Shown: piece by piece, positions 47,532 to 57,366 of the stretch | Numbering within the stretch: the stretch's first letter is position 1 | Layout: each line of letters begins with the position of its first letter | Origin: an uncultured Enterobacteriaceae bacterium | GTDB lineage: Bacteria; Pseudomonadota; Gammaproteobacteria; Burkholderiales; SG8-39 | DNA: 60,749 nucleotides | Assembly: GCA_964631735.1 (NCBI GenBank) | Contig: CAZVZV010000230.1 | Coordinates: forward strand, 1 to 60,749 | Reading direction: 5' to 3' | Translations under genes and position numbers: made by a program | The notes under the pieces: model-generated | Database searches by the model: none | What the model was told of the DNA's origin: nothing | What the model saw: the letters and a program-made list of their open reading frames with translations, nothing else

Positions 47532-48491
47532 CTACATCGTCGCGAGAGTCGCGCCCCAGGTAAACCCGCCGCCTACGCCCTGCATCATCACACGATGCCC
47601 GGGCCGGATCTTGCCAGCTCGCACGTATTCATCGAGTGCCAGCGGCACCGACGCGGCCGATGTGTTGCCATGGTGGTCCACCGTCACCACCAGCTTGTCC
47701 CTCGGCAGCCCGAGCCGCTTCGCCGTGGATTCGAGTATTCGCACATTGGCCTGGTGCGGGATCAGCCAGTCGATGTCCTCGAGGCGCATGCCGGCCGCAG
47801 CCACTGTTTCGCGCGCCACCTCATCTAGCACCTTGACCGCGAACTTGAACACCTGGCTGCCCTGCATCTGCAGGAAGGGCGAGCCGACAATCCTGCCGCC
47901 ACAGACATTGCCGGGCACCGACAGGATGCCCGCCTGGCTGCCGTCGGCACGCAGCACGGATGCGTGCAGGCCCGGCGTTGCAGCGGCGGCGAGCACGACA
48001 GCCCCAGCGCCGTCACCGAACAGGACGCAGGTGCCGCGGTCGTTCCAGTCCAGGATGCGCGAGAACACCTCGGCGCCCACCACCAGCGCCGACTTGTGCG
48101 TGCCGGCGCGGATGAAATTGTCGGCGGTGGCGAGCGCATACACGAACCCGCTGCACACTGCCTGCAAGTCGAACGCCGCGCAGCCAGCGACGCCCAGCTT
48201 CGCCTGCAGCAGGCAAGCGGTGCTGGGGAAGATGAAATCCGGCGTCGAAGTCGCAACCACGATGAGGTCGAGCTTCGACGCCTTCATGCCGGAGGCCGCG
48301 AGTGCACTGCGGCTGGCTTCGAGCGCAAGGTCGCTGGAAGTCTGCGCTTCGGCAGCGATGTGGCGCTGCACAATGCCGGTGCGTTCCCGGATCCACGCGT
48401 CGCTGGTATCCAGGCGCGCCGCGAATTCCGCATTCATCATGACGCGGGGCGGCAGATAGCTGCCGGTGCCAACGATACGCGAGTAGGTCAC
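47532..48491 (-). CDS. fabH: 3-oxoacyl-ACP synthase III
   Basis: ...[16 protein letters not shown]...[10 protein letters not shown]...[10 protein letters not shown]...HQAN...GNTSAAS. Confidence 0.93.
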   Translation of the reverse strand: MTYSRIVGTGSYLPPRVMMNAEFAARLDTSDAWIRERTGIVQRHIAAEAQTSSDLALEASRSALAASGMKASKLDLIVVATSTPDFIFPSTACLLQAKLGVAGCAAFDLQAVCSGFVYALATADNFIRAGTHKSALVVGAEVFSRILDWNDRGTCVLFGDGAGAVVLAAAATPGLHASVLRADGSQAGILSVPGNVCGGRIVGSPFLQMQGSQVFKFAVKVLDEVARETVAAAGMRLEDIDWLIPHQANVRILESTAKRLGLPRDKLVVTVDHHGNTSAASVPLALDEYVRAGKIRPGHRVMMQGVGGGFTWGATLATM

Positions 48492-49522
48492 TCAGCCACC
48501 GCCCGCGCCGCCGCGGGTTTCATCTGCGCCATGCCCTGCGAGATGCGCCGGATCACGTCGTTGCGCACTTCGTCCACCGCGCGCTCCAGCGCCTTGCCGA
48601 AGGCGAATGCGTCGGCCGAGCCATGGCTCTTGATCACCACGCCGCGCAAGCCGAGCAGGCTGGCGCCGTTGTAACGAGCGGGGTCCATGCGCCGGCGCAA
48701 GGCCTTGAGCACCGGCATCGCCACCAGGGCGGCAAACCTGCGCAACGGATTGCGCGTGAACTCCTGCTTCAGGAATGCGACGATCATGGTGGCGACGCCC
48801 TCGGCGGCCTTGAGCACCGAGTTGCCGACGAAACCGTCGCACACCACCACGTCGGTCGTCCCCTTGAAGATGTCGTCGCCCTCCACGTTGCCGTGGAAAT
48901 TGAGCCCGCTGTCGCGCAGCAGTTCGGCCGCCCGTTTCACGGTCTCATTGCCCTTGATGTCTTCCACACCGATGTTCAGCAGCCCCACCGAAGGGCGCTC
49001 CTTGTGTTCCACCGCCGCCACCAGCATCGCGCCCATTACGCCGAATTGCATCAGTTGCTGCGGTGTGCAGTCGACGTTGGCGCCGAGGTCCAGCACATAG
49101 GTCCAGTCGCCGCGCATATTGGGCAGGACAGTGGCGATGGCGGGTCGGTCGATGCCGGGCAGGGTCTTCAACACATAGCGCGAAGTCGCCATCAAGGCGC
49201 CAGTATTGCCGGCGCTGACGCAGGCGTGGGCCGCGCCGCTCTTCACCAGGTTGACCGCCACGCGCATCGAGGAATCCTTCTTGTAGCGCAGCGCCTGCGC
49301 CGGCGGTTCGTCCATCATCACCACTTCGCTGGCATGCTGCAGACGCAACCGCGGCCCGGTCGCCGCACCGTGCCTGGCAAGCTCCGCTTCGAGCGCCTGG
49401 CGCTGGCCGACCAGGATGATGGCAACATCCGCATGGCTGCGCTGCATCGCGAGCGCGGCTGGGACCGTCACGTGGGGACCGTGGTCGCCCCCCATGCAGT
49501 CGATGGCTACGGTGATTTCCAT
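48488..49522 (-). CDS. plsX: phosphate acyltransferase
   Basis: [16 protein letters not shown]...GNTGALMA... Confidence 0.92.
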   Translation of the reverse strand: MEITVAIDCMGGDHGPHVTVPAALAMQRSHADVAIILVGQRQALEAELARHGAATGPRLRLQHASEVVMMDEPPAQALRYKKDSSMRVAVNLVKSGAAHACVSAGNTGALMATSRYVLKTLPGIDRPAIATVLPNMRGDWTYVLDLGANVDCTPQQLMQFGVMGAMLVAAVEHKERPSVGLLNIGVEDIKGNETVKRAAELLRDSGLNFHGNVEGDDIFKGTTDVVVCDGFVGNSVLKAAEGVATMIVAFLKQEFTRNPLRRFAALVAMPVLKALRRRMDPARYNGASLLGLRGVVIKSHGSADAFAFGKALERAVDEVRNDVIRRISQGMAQMKPAAARAVAE

Positions 49523-49572
49523 CGAGCCTGGTTCGCCCGCGCGGCGCGCGCAGGACACGAGTGGGCGCCGGA

Positions 49573-49752
49573 CTACTCGCCCTTGGCCTTGGTGACTTTC
49601 TTGCCGCGATAGTAGCCCGTCGGGCTGATGTGGTGGCGCAGGTGGACTTCACCTGTCGTCGGCTCGACCGCCACTGGCGGGTTGACCAGGAAATCGTGGG
49701 CGCGATGCATGCCGCGCCTGGACGGGGATTTCTTGTTCTGCTGGACTGCCAT
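49573..49752 (-). CDS. rpmF: 50S ribosomal protein L32
   Basis: [20 protein letters not shown]..., 59 aa. The longer ORF to 49899 was rejected. Confidence 0.93.
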   Translation of the reverse strand: MAVQQNKKSPSRRGMHRAHDFLVNPPVAVEPTTGEVHLRHHISPTGYYRGKKVTKAKGE

Positions 49753-49765
49753 GTTCAAGCTCCTC

Positions 49766-50278
49766 TCAATGTCGATTCCTGCTGCGCAGCATGCCGCGCA
49801 ACCCTGCCAACGGCGTGTGCCGCGTCCCCGGCGCGTTCCTGCCCTGCGCCGGACAATTCTCGTGCCGCGGCGCATACGGCAGCGCCAGCAGCAATTCATC
49901 TTCGATCAGGTCGCGCAGCGCCATTGCCTTCTGCGCCACGATCCAGTCCGGTCCATCGACGCTGATCGGTTCGGCGTCGATCTCAGCCTGCGACGCCGCC
50001 AACAGCAGCGTCGCCTCGGCGCCCAGCGCGCAATCCACAGCCCCCAGGCAGCGCCGGCAGGTCAACCGCAGCGTCGCCGAGGCGCGCAGCGCAAGCTGCG
50101 CACGCCCATGCGCGTCGTAACCGCCCTGCACTTCGAATTCGACTGCCCCCGCATCTTCATGCAATTCTTCGCACAACCGGGGCATCGTGCTGACGGGCCA
50201 GGCGCCACGCAACCTTCCGCCGGCTGCCGCAAACACGAGGCCGTCGACCAGGGGAAACTTCGCCGGCTGCAGCGGCAT
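49766..50278 (-). CDS. yceD: YceD-family (DUF177) protein
   Basis: ...[13 protein letters not shown]...[15 protein letters not shown]... Lies upstream of rpmF as usual. The start is uncertain (50278 or 50344). Confidence 0.8.
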   Translation of the reverse strand: MPLQPAKFPLVDGLVFAAAGGRLRGAWPVSTMPRLCEELHEDAGAVEFEVQGGYDAHGRAQLALRASATLRLTCRRCLGAVDCALGAEATLLLAASQAEIDAEPISVDGPDWIVAQKAMALRDLIEDELLLALPYAPRHENCPAQGRNAPGTRHTPLAGLRGMLRSRNRH

Positions 50279-50326
50279 GACGGCGCGAATGATATCATTG
50301 CCGAAAAACCGTGTCAAAACAAAGCC

Positions 50327-50920
50327 ATGCCTCAGCCCCGGCAACTGCTCCTAGCCTCCACCTCGCGCTACCGTCAGGAGCTGCTGACGCGGCTTGGAAT
50401 GCGCTTCGAGTGCGCCGACCCGGGCGTGCAGGAACATTCCTTGCCGGGAGAATCCGCCGCCAGTACCGCCGTGCGCCTCGCGGGACTCAAGGCGCGCGCG
50501 GTCGCCGCCCGCTATCCCGGAGCTCTGATCATCGGCGCTGATCAAGTGGCTTCCTGCGACGGCGCGATCCTCGATAAGCCCGGCACGCACGCCAATGCTG
50601 TGCGCCAGCTCACTGCGCTGAGCGGCAGGAGCGCTCGCTTCGACACTGCATTGGCGCTATTGGACGCCGCCAGCGGGGCGATCAGTTCGCGTGTGGTGCC
50701 TTGCCTGGTGCACTTTCGCCGACTGAGCGCCACGCAAATCGAACAGTACCTGCAGCGCGAGCAACCCTACGACTGCGCCGGCAGCGCCAAGTCCGAAGGA
50801 CTGGGCATCGCATTGATCGAGCGCATCGAGGGCGCAGACCCGACCGCGCTGATCGGCTTGCCGCTGATCGCGCTGACCGAGTTGCTGGCGCTGGCCGGGA
50901 TGCCCGTGCTGCGCGGATGA
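50327..50920 (+). CDS. maf: Maf-like nucleoside-triphosphate pyrophosphatase
   Basis: LLLASTSRYRQELL...IIGADQV...ILDKP...YDCAGSAKSEGLGIALIERIEG.DPTALIGLPL. Confidence 0.88.
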   Translation: MPQPRQLLLASTSRYRQELLTRLGMRFECADPGVQEHSLPGESAASTAVRLAGLKARAVAARYPGALIIGADQVASCDGAILDKPGTHANAVRQLTALSGRSARFDTALALLDAASGAISSRVVPCLVHFRRLSATQIEQYLQREQPYDCAGSAKSEGLGIALIERIEGADPTALIGLPLIALTELLALAGMPVLRG

Positions 50921-51603
50921 AGCCGGTCCTGTACCTGGTGCCCGCCCCGCTCGGTGCGCCGGCGACCGAAGCGCTTCCCGCCGCAGCTGCGCAAACGGTC
51001 CGTTCGCTGCGCGATTTCGCCGTGGAGAACGCGAAGAGTGCACGGGCGTTTCTCGGCGCACTGGGCATGCCCTGCGCCATGCGTGACTTGAGCATCCGGG
51101 AAATTGCGGGCGATGCGACAGCGCTGCTCGCGCCGCTGCGCGCGGGCCGTTCGCTCGGCGTGCTGGCGGAGGCAGGCTGTCCAGCGGTGGCGGACCCTGG
51201 CGCCGCATTGGTGGCGGCGGCGCACGCCGAAGGCTTCCGCGTGATTGCGCTGGTCGGCCCTTGCGCACTCCTGCTCGCGCTGATGGCCTCGGGGCTGGAA
51301 GGCCAGCGCTTCGCGTTCTGCGGCTACCTGCCACGCGAGAAGATGCCGCGGGCGGAGCGCATCCGTGTGCTCGAGCGGCGCTCGCGCGCCGAGCACGAGA
51401 CCCAGATCTTCATCGAGACACCGTACCGCAACGAGGCCTTGCTCTCGGCATTGCTTGAATGTTGCAGCCCGGCGACGCGCCTGTGCATCGCGGCGGACTT
51501 GACGCTGCCCACCGAACAAATCACCACGCGCGCAGTGGCGCAGTGGCGCCTGCAGCAGCCGACGATCGGACGGCGTCCGGCGGTGTTCCTGCTGCAGGCC
51601 TAG
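50917..51603 (+). CDS. SAM-dependent methyltransferase (tetrapyrrole-methylase/RsmI-like fold)
   Basis: MKPVLYLVPAPLG...LAEAGCPAVADPGAALV...FCGYLP...IFIETPYRN. ATG overlaps the maf stop. Confidence 0.7.
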   Translation: MKPVLYLVPAPLGAPATEALPAAAAQTVRSLRDFAVENAKSARAFLGALGMPCAMRDLSIREIAGDATALLAPLRAGRSLGVLAEAGCPAVADPGAALVAAAHAEGFRVIALVGPCALLLALMASGLEGQRFAFCGYLPREKMPRAERIRVLERRSRAEHETQIFIETPYRNEALLSALLECCSPATRLCIAADLTLPTEQITTRAVAQWRLQQPTIGRRPAVFLLQA

Positions 51604-52541
51604 CGCAATTGCGGCGTGTGCCGCAGCGCCAGCTCGAGGATCGCGTTCGCCGCACCCGCGCCGAAGCGGCGGGCGAACTTCTCGGCGATGTTTTCCTTCT
51701 GCGTGTAGTCGACGATATTCTCCGCCTTGATCACCTCGCGCGCCACGTAGTCCAGGCTGCCAAAGGCATCGGCGAGGCCCAGGTCGACGCTCGCCTGGCC
51801 GGTCCAGATCAGCCCCGAGAACATGTCCGGGGTCTCCTTCAGGCGCTTGCCGCGCCCCTCGCGCACCACGCCGATGAACTGTTGGTGGATGTCGCCCAGC
51901 AGCGTTTGCGCATGCTGCTTTTGCTTCTCGTCCACCGGCAGGAAGGGGTCCATGAAGCCCTTGTTCTCCCCTGCGGTAAGCAAGCGGCGCTCTACGCCGA
52001 GCTTCTCCATCAGGCCAGTGACGCCGAAACTGTCCATGCGCACGCCGATCGAGCCGACGATGCTGGATTTGGCGACGTAGATCTGGTCGGCGCCTGCGGC
52101 CACGTAATAGCCGCCGGACGCACACAGGTCCTCCACCACTGCGTACAGCGGCACATTGGGATGCTTCTGCCGCAGTCTGCGCATCTCGTCGTAGATGTTT
52201 TGCGCCTGCACCGGGCTGCCGCCGGGGCTGTTGATGCGCACCACCACGCCCTGCGTATTCTTGTCCTTGAACGCCGCCTGCAAGGCGGTGGTGACGCGCT
52301 CGGCGCTGGCGTCGGTGCCGGGAGCGATCAGCCCGCTCACTTCGACCAGCGCGGTGTGCTTGCCGGAGGTCTCGCCGCCGCCCTTCCAGTCAATCGCCAG
52401 CAGGATGATCACGGTGAGGTATGCGAAAGTGAGCAGCTTGAAGAAGATTCCCCACAGGCGTGCGCGCCGCTGCTCCTTGAGCGCCGCGGTGGCAAGCCGC
52501 TCGATCAGCCCGCGCTCCCACTGCCCGTCGTTGTCAGCCAT
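51600..52541 (-). CDS. sppA: S49-family signal peptide peptidase
   Basis: ...VVVRINSPGGSPVQAQ...ASGGYYVAAGADQIYV...GSIGV... Confidence 0.85.
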   Translation of the reverse strand: MADNDGQWERGLIERLATAALKEQRRARLWGIFFKLLTFAYLTVIILLAIDWKGGGETSGKHTALVEVSGLIAPGTDASAERVTTALQAAFKDKNTQGVVVRINSPGGSPVQAQNIYDEMRRLRQKHPNVPLYAVVEDLCASGGYYVAAGADQIYVAKSSIVGSIGVRMDSFGVTGLMEKLGVERRLLTAGENKGFMDPFLPVDEKQKQHAQTLLGDIHQQFIGVVREGRGKRLKETPDMFSGLIWTGQASVDLGLADAFGSLDYVAREVIKAENIVDYTQKENIAEKFARRFGAGAANAILELALRHTPQLR

Positions 52542-52890
52542 CGTCGACTCCCATGTAGTAGATCTGCCCGGCGCGCTCTTCGATCCTGAGCCGCACCAGC
52601 GGCGCGCCGCCGCACGGGCCGCCCAGGCAGCGGCCGCTGTCGGCGGCGTAGACCGCACCGTGCGTCGAGCATATCAAATCGCGCCGCTCGAGATCGAAGA
52701 ACTCGGCTGCGCGCCAATCCAGTTCCATCGCCACATGCGCGCAGCGGTTGAGGTAAGCGTAGACGCGCCCGCCGTAGCGCACCAGGAACGCGGGCGCTGT
52801 GTCGCCGAAGTACTCGACCTCGAAGCGCACGCCCGTGCCCGCGTCCTGCAACGCAGCCGAAGCGCAGATCAGGCGTTCGCCGCCAGCCAT
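52534..52890 (-). CDS. Rieske (2Fe-2S) domain protein
   Basis: CAHVAMEL (CxH) and CSTHGAVY (CxxH) motifs; 118 aa. Confidence 0.8.
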   Translation of the reverse strand: MAGGERLICASAALQDAGTGVRFEVEYFGDTAPAFLVRYGGRVYAYLNRCAHVAMELDWRAAEFFDLERRDLICSTHGAVYAADSGRCLGGPCGGAPLVRLRIEERAGQIYYMGVDDG

Positions 52891-53519
52891 TCGCGCAGTT
52901 CGGGCACGCTGGTGACGCAGGCGCGCGGCGCCAGGGCGCGCAGCGCAGCGTCCGGATGCGCCCCGTAGGCGACAGCCACGGCGTCCACACCGGCGCTGCG
53001 CGCCATCTCGAGGTCATGCGAGGTATCGCCGATCATCAGCACCTGCCCGGGCACGGCTGCCAGCTGCCCCATCAGCTCGAGCAGCATGGCCGGGTGCGGC
53101 TTCGGATTGGTCTCGTCGGCGCAGCGCGACGCGGCAAAGAACCTGCGCAAAGCAGTCGATTCGAGCGCGTGCTCGAGGCCGCGGCGGCTCTTGCCGGTCG
53201 CCACCGCCAGTCGGTGACCAGCGGCCTGCAGGTCCTGCAGCAGCTCGCGCACCCCGGGGAACAAGGCCATCATTCCCTGCCGGGCGAGAAAGTGCCTTCG
53301 ATACGCCTCGGCAAACTCCTTGTAGTTCTCTTCCGGCAGCGTCGGTACCGCCATGCGCAAGGAGTCGTGCAGGCCCAGGCCGATGACGTGGCTCGCCATC
53401 TCGCGTGCCGGCACCGGCAGACGCAGGTCGCGGGCCGCTTCCTGGATGCTCTCGACGATGCCGCCCGCCGAGTCGAGCAAGGTCCCGTCCCAGTCAAATA
53501 CGATCAGGCTGTAGCGCAA
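52869..53519 (-). CDS. HAD-superfamily hydrolase (phosphoglycolate-phosphatase-like)
   Basis: (M)RYSLIVFDWDGTLLDS...VATGKSR...MIGDTSHDLEMARSAG. TTG 53519 has GGAGG 8 nt upstream. The longer ORF to 53618 was rejected. Confidence 0.8.
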   Translation of the reverse strand: MRYSLIVFDWDGTLLDSAGGIVESIQEAARDLRLPVPAREMASHVIGLGLHDSLRMAVPTLPEENYKEFAEAYRRHFLARQGMMALFPGVRELLQDLQAAGHRLAVATGKSRRGLEHALESTALRRFFAASRCADETNPKPHPAMLLELMGQLAAVPGQVLMIGDTSHDLEMARSAGVDAVAVAYGAHPDAALRALAPRACVTSVPELREWLAANA

Positions 53520-54444
53520 GGCGCGCCTCCGCGAAGTGGCGCATGTCGGGCGGCAATGGCGCATCGAACTGCAGCGCCGACCCAGCCAGCGGATGGACGA
53601 ACGACAGGCGACGGGCATGCAACAACAATCTCTTCACGCCTTCCTTGGCCAGCGCATGATTGAGCTCGAAGTCGCCGTACTTGTCGTCGCCGAGGACCGG
53701 ATGGCCGGCGTGTGCCAGGTGGACCCGGATCTGGTGCGTGCGCCCGGTCAGCAGCCGCAACTCCAGCAGGCTGAATTCCCCGCTCACCGCGATCGGCTTT
53801 ACCTGGGTCACCGCGCTCTGTCCCTGCCCATGTACCGCCACGCGCCGCTCGCCCCCGGCATTGACGAACTTGTGCAGACGCTCGCGCAATTCCCGGGCGC
53901 CGCCCTGCCAGCGGCCCCGCACCAAGGCCAAGTACACCTTCTCCACTTCGCCCTCGCGCAGCATGCGGTGCAGCTCGACCAGGGCGCCGCGCTTCTTGGC
54001 GATGATCAGCAACCCGGAAGTATCGCGGTCCAGGCGATGGGCCAGTTCCAGCGACTTCGCTTCGGGCCGTTGCGCGCGCAGCGATTCGATCACCCCGTAG
54101 CTCACGCCGCTGCCCCCGTGCACCGCCACGCCGGAGGGCTTGTCGATCACCAGCAGGGCGGCATCCTCGTACACGATTGGCAGGTCGAGCGGACGCGGCG
54201 CGGGCTTGGCGGGACGGGTCGCAAGCCGCACCGGAGGCACGCGTACCCGGTCGCCGGCTCGCAGCCGGTAGTCGGGCTTGACCCGGCCACTGTTGACGCG
54301 GACCTCGCCGCTGCGCAGCACCCGGTAGACGTGGCTTTTCGGCACGCCTTTGAGCCGGCGGAGCAGGAAATTATCGATGCGCTGCGACACGCTTTCCTCA
54401 CCGACTTCGAGTAGCGTAGCGCGAGCCTTGCTTAAGTCTTTCAT
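53494..54444 (-). CDS. rluC: 23S rRNA pseudouridine synthase C
   Basis: S4 domain (RIDNFLLRRLKGVPKSHVYRVLRSGEVRVN), then ...HRLDRDTSGLLIIAKK...GRTHQIRVHLA. Divergent from rne as in many proteobacteria. Confidence 0.88.
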   Translation of the reverse strand: MKDLSKARATLLEVGEESVSQRIDNFLLRRLKGVPKSHVYRVLRSGEVRVNSGRVKPDYRLRAGDRVRVPPVRLATRPAKPAPRPLDLPIVYEDAALLVIDKPSGVAVHGGSGVSYGVIESLRAQRPEAKSLELAHRLDRDTSGLLIIAKKRGALVELHRMLREGEVEKVYLALVRGRWQGGARELRERLHKFVNAGGERRVAVHGQGQSAVTQVKPIAVSGEFSLLELRLLTGRTHQIRVHLAHAGHPVLGDDKYGDFELNHALAKEGVKRLLLHARRLSFVHPLAGSALQFDAPLPPDMRHFAEARLALQPDRI

Positions 54445-54697
54445 TTTTCGTATTATCTGTGGGTTGCTTTGAGATGCGAGGCACAGGTTCGATAGGTGTG
54501 GCGCAGATTTTTTCCGCCGCTGGAACCTGCAACCCGCCTCCTGTTCGGCCACAGCCGGGCCTGAAGCAGTGGTGATGATCGCTCACCGTAAGTAGCGATA
54601 CTACCCAATAGCGCGCGGCCGGATTGATCCCCGCCCCTTCAACATCGGTTTTTGCTGCCAGAACCCTAGGAGAGCATTGACCGACGGACCGCCGGGC

Positions 54698-54715
54698 CTC
54701 CTGCGCGCGCAGGAG
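54698..54715 (+). promoter_or_regulatory. perfect 18-nt palindrome in the rne leader that includes the Shine-Dalgarno sequence
   Basis: CTCCTGCGCGCGCAGGAG. Its 3' arm contains AGGAG, 8 nt before the rne GTG at 54724. Confidence 0.45.
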
Positions 54716-54723
54716 AACAAGAA

Positions 54724-57363
54724 GTGAAACGAATGTTGTTTAACGCGACCCAGCAGGAAGAACTGCGCGTCGCCATAGTAGACGGACAAAAGCTGGTCGA
54801 CCTCGACATCGAATCTGCCTCAAGGGAGCAGCGCAAGAGCAACATCTACAAAGGCATCATCACCCGGGTCGAGCCCAGTCTCGAAGCCGCCTTCGTCGAA
54901 TACGGCGAGGAAAAGCACGGTTTCCTGCCCTTCAAGGAAGTCGACAAGGTCTATTTCAAGCCCGGCGTGGACGTCGGCCGGGCCCGCATCCAGGACGCGC
55001 TCACCGAAGGCCAGGACCTGATCGTCCAGGTCGAGAAGGACGAGCGCGGCACCAAGGGCGCGGCGCTCACCACCTATATCAGTCTGGCGGGGCGCTACCT
55101 GGTGCTGATGCCCAACAATCCGCGCGGCGGAGGCGTATCGCGCCGGGTCGAGGGCGAAGACCGCGACGAGTTGCGCGACACCCTGGACAAGCTGCAGGTG
55201 CCCGAAGGCATGAGCGTGATCGCGCGCACCGCGGCGATCGGCCGTTCGCCCGAGGAACTGCAGTGGGACCTCAACTACCTGTTGCAGCTGTGGGGTGCCG
55301 TCGAGAGCGCAGCCAAGACCCAGGACAAGAAGCCGTTCCTGATCTACCTGGAATCGAGCCTCGTGATCCGCGCCATCCGCGACTATGTCCAGCCCGACAT
55401 CGGCGAGATCCTGATCGACACCGAGGAGATCTACGAGCAGGCGCTCGCCTTCATGCAGACCGTCATGCCGGGAAACGTCGGCAAGGTCAAGCTGTACCGC
55501 GACGACGTGCCGCTGTTCTCGCGTTTCCAGATCGAACACCAGATCGAGAGCGCCTACTCGCGCCAGGTCAGCCTGCCCTCGGGCGGCGCCATCGTCATCG
55601 ACCATACCGAGGCGCTGGTGGCGGTGGACGTCAACTCGGCGCGCGCCACCAAGGGCAGCGACATCGAGGAGACTGCGACGCGCACCAACCTGGAAGCCGC
55701 AGATGAAGTCGCCCGGCAACTGCGCCTGCGCGACCTGGGCGGCCTGATCGTAGTGGACTTCATCGACATGGAGTCGCAGAAGAACCAGCGCGAAGTCGAG
55801 AACCGCTTCCGCGATGCACTGCGCTTCGACCGCGCGCGCGTGCAGGTCGGCAAGATCTCGCGCTTCGGGCTGCTGGAGCTTTCACGCCAGCGCCTGCAGG
55901 CCTCGCTGGAGGAGACCGCGCACATCAGCTGCCCGCGCTGCAGCGGCACCGGCTTCATCCGCGGCACCGAGTCCACTGCACTGCACGTGCTGCGCATCCT
56001 GCAGGAAGAGGCCATGAAGGAGAACACCGGCGCAGTGCATGTGCAGGTGCCGGTCGACGTGGCGAGCTTCCTGCTCAACGAGAAGCGCCCCGAGATCCAG
56101 AAACTGGAGGCGCGCCTCAAGGTCAACATCATCCTGGTGCCCAACCCGCACCTGGATACACCGCATTACAAGATTCAGCGCCTGCGCCACGAAGAGCTCA
56201 ATGCCATGGAGCACGTGCCCGCGAGCTACGAGATGGTTGAGCAGCCGCAGGAGCCCAAACCCGAGGACGCGACCAGCGAAGCCAAGCGCGAGCGGCCCGA
56301 AGCCGCGGTGAAGGGCATCGTGCCGGACCAGCCGGCCCCGATCGTGCCGGAGCACCAGCCGCAAGCAGCGGTCCAGGTGCCCGCGCGTGCCGAGGCGCCC
56401 CGCCCCGCTGCGGCAGGTCCTGCGACCGTGCCGCAGACCGGATTCATGAGCAAGATCCTGGGTTGGTTCAAGACCGACAAGCAGGAAGCGCTGGCAGCCA
56501 ACGATGCCGCGCGCGCGCCGCGTGAGCCGCGCCGGGACCACCAGCAGCAACAGCAGCGCGAGCGCCGGCCCGAGCAGCGCCACGGCGGCGGCCAGCGCCA
56601 GGGTGGCGGCGAGCGCAGCGACCACCGGCGCGATCGTCCCCGGGACGAGAACCGCGGCGAGCGCCGCCCGCAACAAGGCGGTGAGCGCCGCCCCGACCAG
56701 CGCCCCGGCGGCCAGCAGCAGCGCGACCACCGCCCGGGCGGCGAGCGCCGTCCCGATCAACAGCGTTCGCAGCGCCAGCAGCGCCCTCCCCGGCCTGAGC
56801 AGGCTCAACAGCAGAATCAGAGCGCGCCGCAGGCAATCGTCCCGGCATTGGCGGTCGAGGGCGAGGAGCAGCGCCGCGGGAGACGCAATCGCCGCGACCG
56901 CCACCGTGAACGCCGCCCGGATCAGGCGGGCGGGCAGAATCCGCCGCAGGGACTGCCGGTTGCGGAGCACGACGCGAACGCACCCGTCGCGACATTCCCC
57001 GCCAAGGCCCCCGACGCCAAGGAGCTGCGCGCGCTCGAGCGTGAAATGCATCTGGCGCAGATGCGCGAAGAGGCGCGGCAGCGCGAGCAGGCAGCGGTAC
57101 CTGAGTCCCCGCGGGAAGAGCCAGTGCGTCAGGAATCGCCAATCGCGGAACCTGCTCCCGCACCGGCACCGCAGCCGGCACCCGTGCGCGCCGATCCCAG
57201 GGAAATCCTGGAGAGCGCCGGCCTGGAGATGGTCGAGACGCGCCCCGGTCGCGTTCCGGCGCTGCAGCCGGAAACCGCGGCTGTGCCGCTGGGCCGCCCG
57301 CGCCGGGAGCGCGCCGGCCCTGCCGCCGAAGAACCGCTGGTCCAGATCGAGACCAAGCAGTAG
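54724..57363 (+). CDS. rne: ribonuclease E
   Basis: (M)[29 protein letters not shown]...[23 protein letters not shown]..., the catalytic N-terminal half, and an Arg/Pro/Gln/Glu-rich C-terminal scaffold. GTG start. Confidence 0.93.
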   Translation: MKRMLFNATQQEELRVAIVDGQKLVDLDIESASREQRKSNIYKGIITRVEPSLEAAFVEYGEEKHGFLPFKEVDKVYFKPGVDVGRARIQDALTEGQDLIVQVEKDERGTKGAALTTYISLAGRYLVLMPNNPRGGGVSRRVEGEDRDELRDTLDKLQVPEGMSVIARTAAIGRSPEELQWDLNYLLQLWGAVESAAKTQDKKPFLIYLESSLVIRAIRDYVQPDIGEILIDTEEIYEQALAFMQTVMPGNVGKVKLYRDDVPLFSRFQIEHQIESAYSRQVSLPSGGAIVIDHTEALVAVDVNSARATKGSDIEETATRTNLEAADEVARQLRLRDLGGLIVVDFIDMESQKNQREVENRFRDALRFDRARVQVGKISRFGLLELSRQRLQASLEETAHISCPRCSGTGFIRGTESTALHVLRILQEEAMKENTGAVHVQVPVDVASFLLNEKRPEIQKLEARLKVNIILVPNPHLDTPHYKIQRLRHEELNAMEHVPASYEMVEQPQEPKPEDATSEAKRERPEAAVKGIVPDQPAPIVPEHQPQAAVQVPARAEAPRPAAAGPATVPQTGFMSKILGWFKTDKQEALAANDAARAPREPRRDHQQQQQRERRPEQRHGGGQRQGGGERSDHRRDRPRDENRGERRPQQGGERRPDQRPGGQQQRDHRPGGERRPDQQRSQRQQRPPRPEQAQQQNQSAPQAIVPALAVEGEEQRRGRRNRRDRHRERRPDQAGGQNPPQGLPVAEHDANAPVATFPAKAPDAKELRALEREMHLAQMREEARQREQAAVPESPREEPVRQESPIAEPAPAPAPQPAPVRADPREILESAGLEMVETRPGRVPALQPETAAVPLGRPRRERAGPAAEEPLVQIETKQ

Positions 57364-57366
57364 CGG

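Noticed and set aside
55882-57051. 389-aa ORF antisense to the rne 3' half
   Set aside because: It mirrors the low-complexity Arg/Gln/Pro coding region of RNase E and has no independent support.
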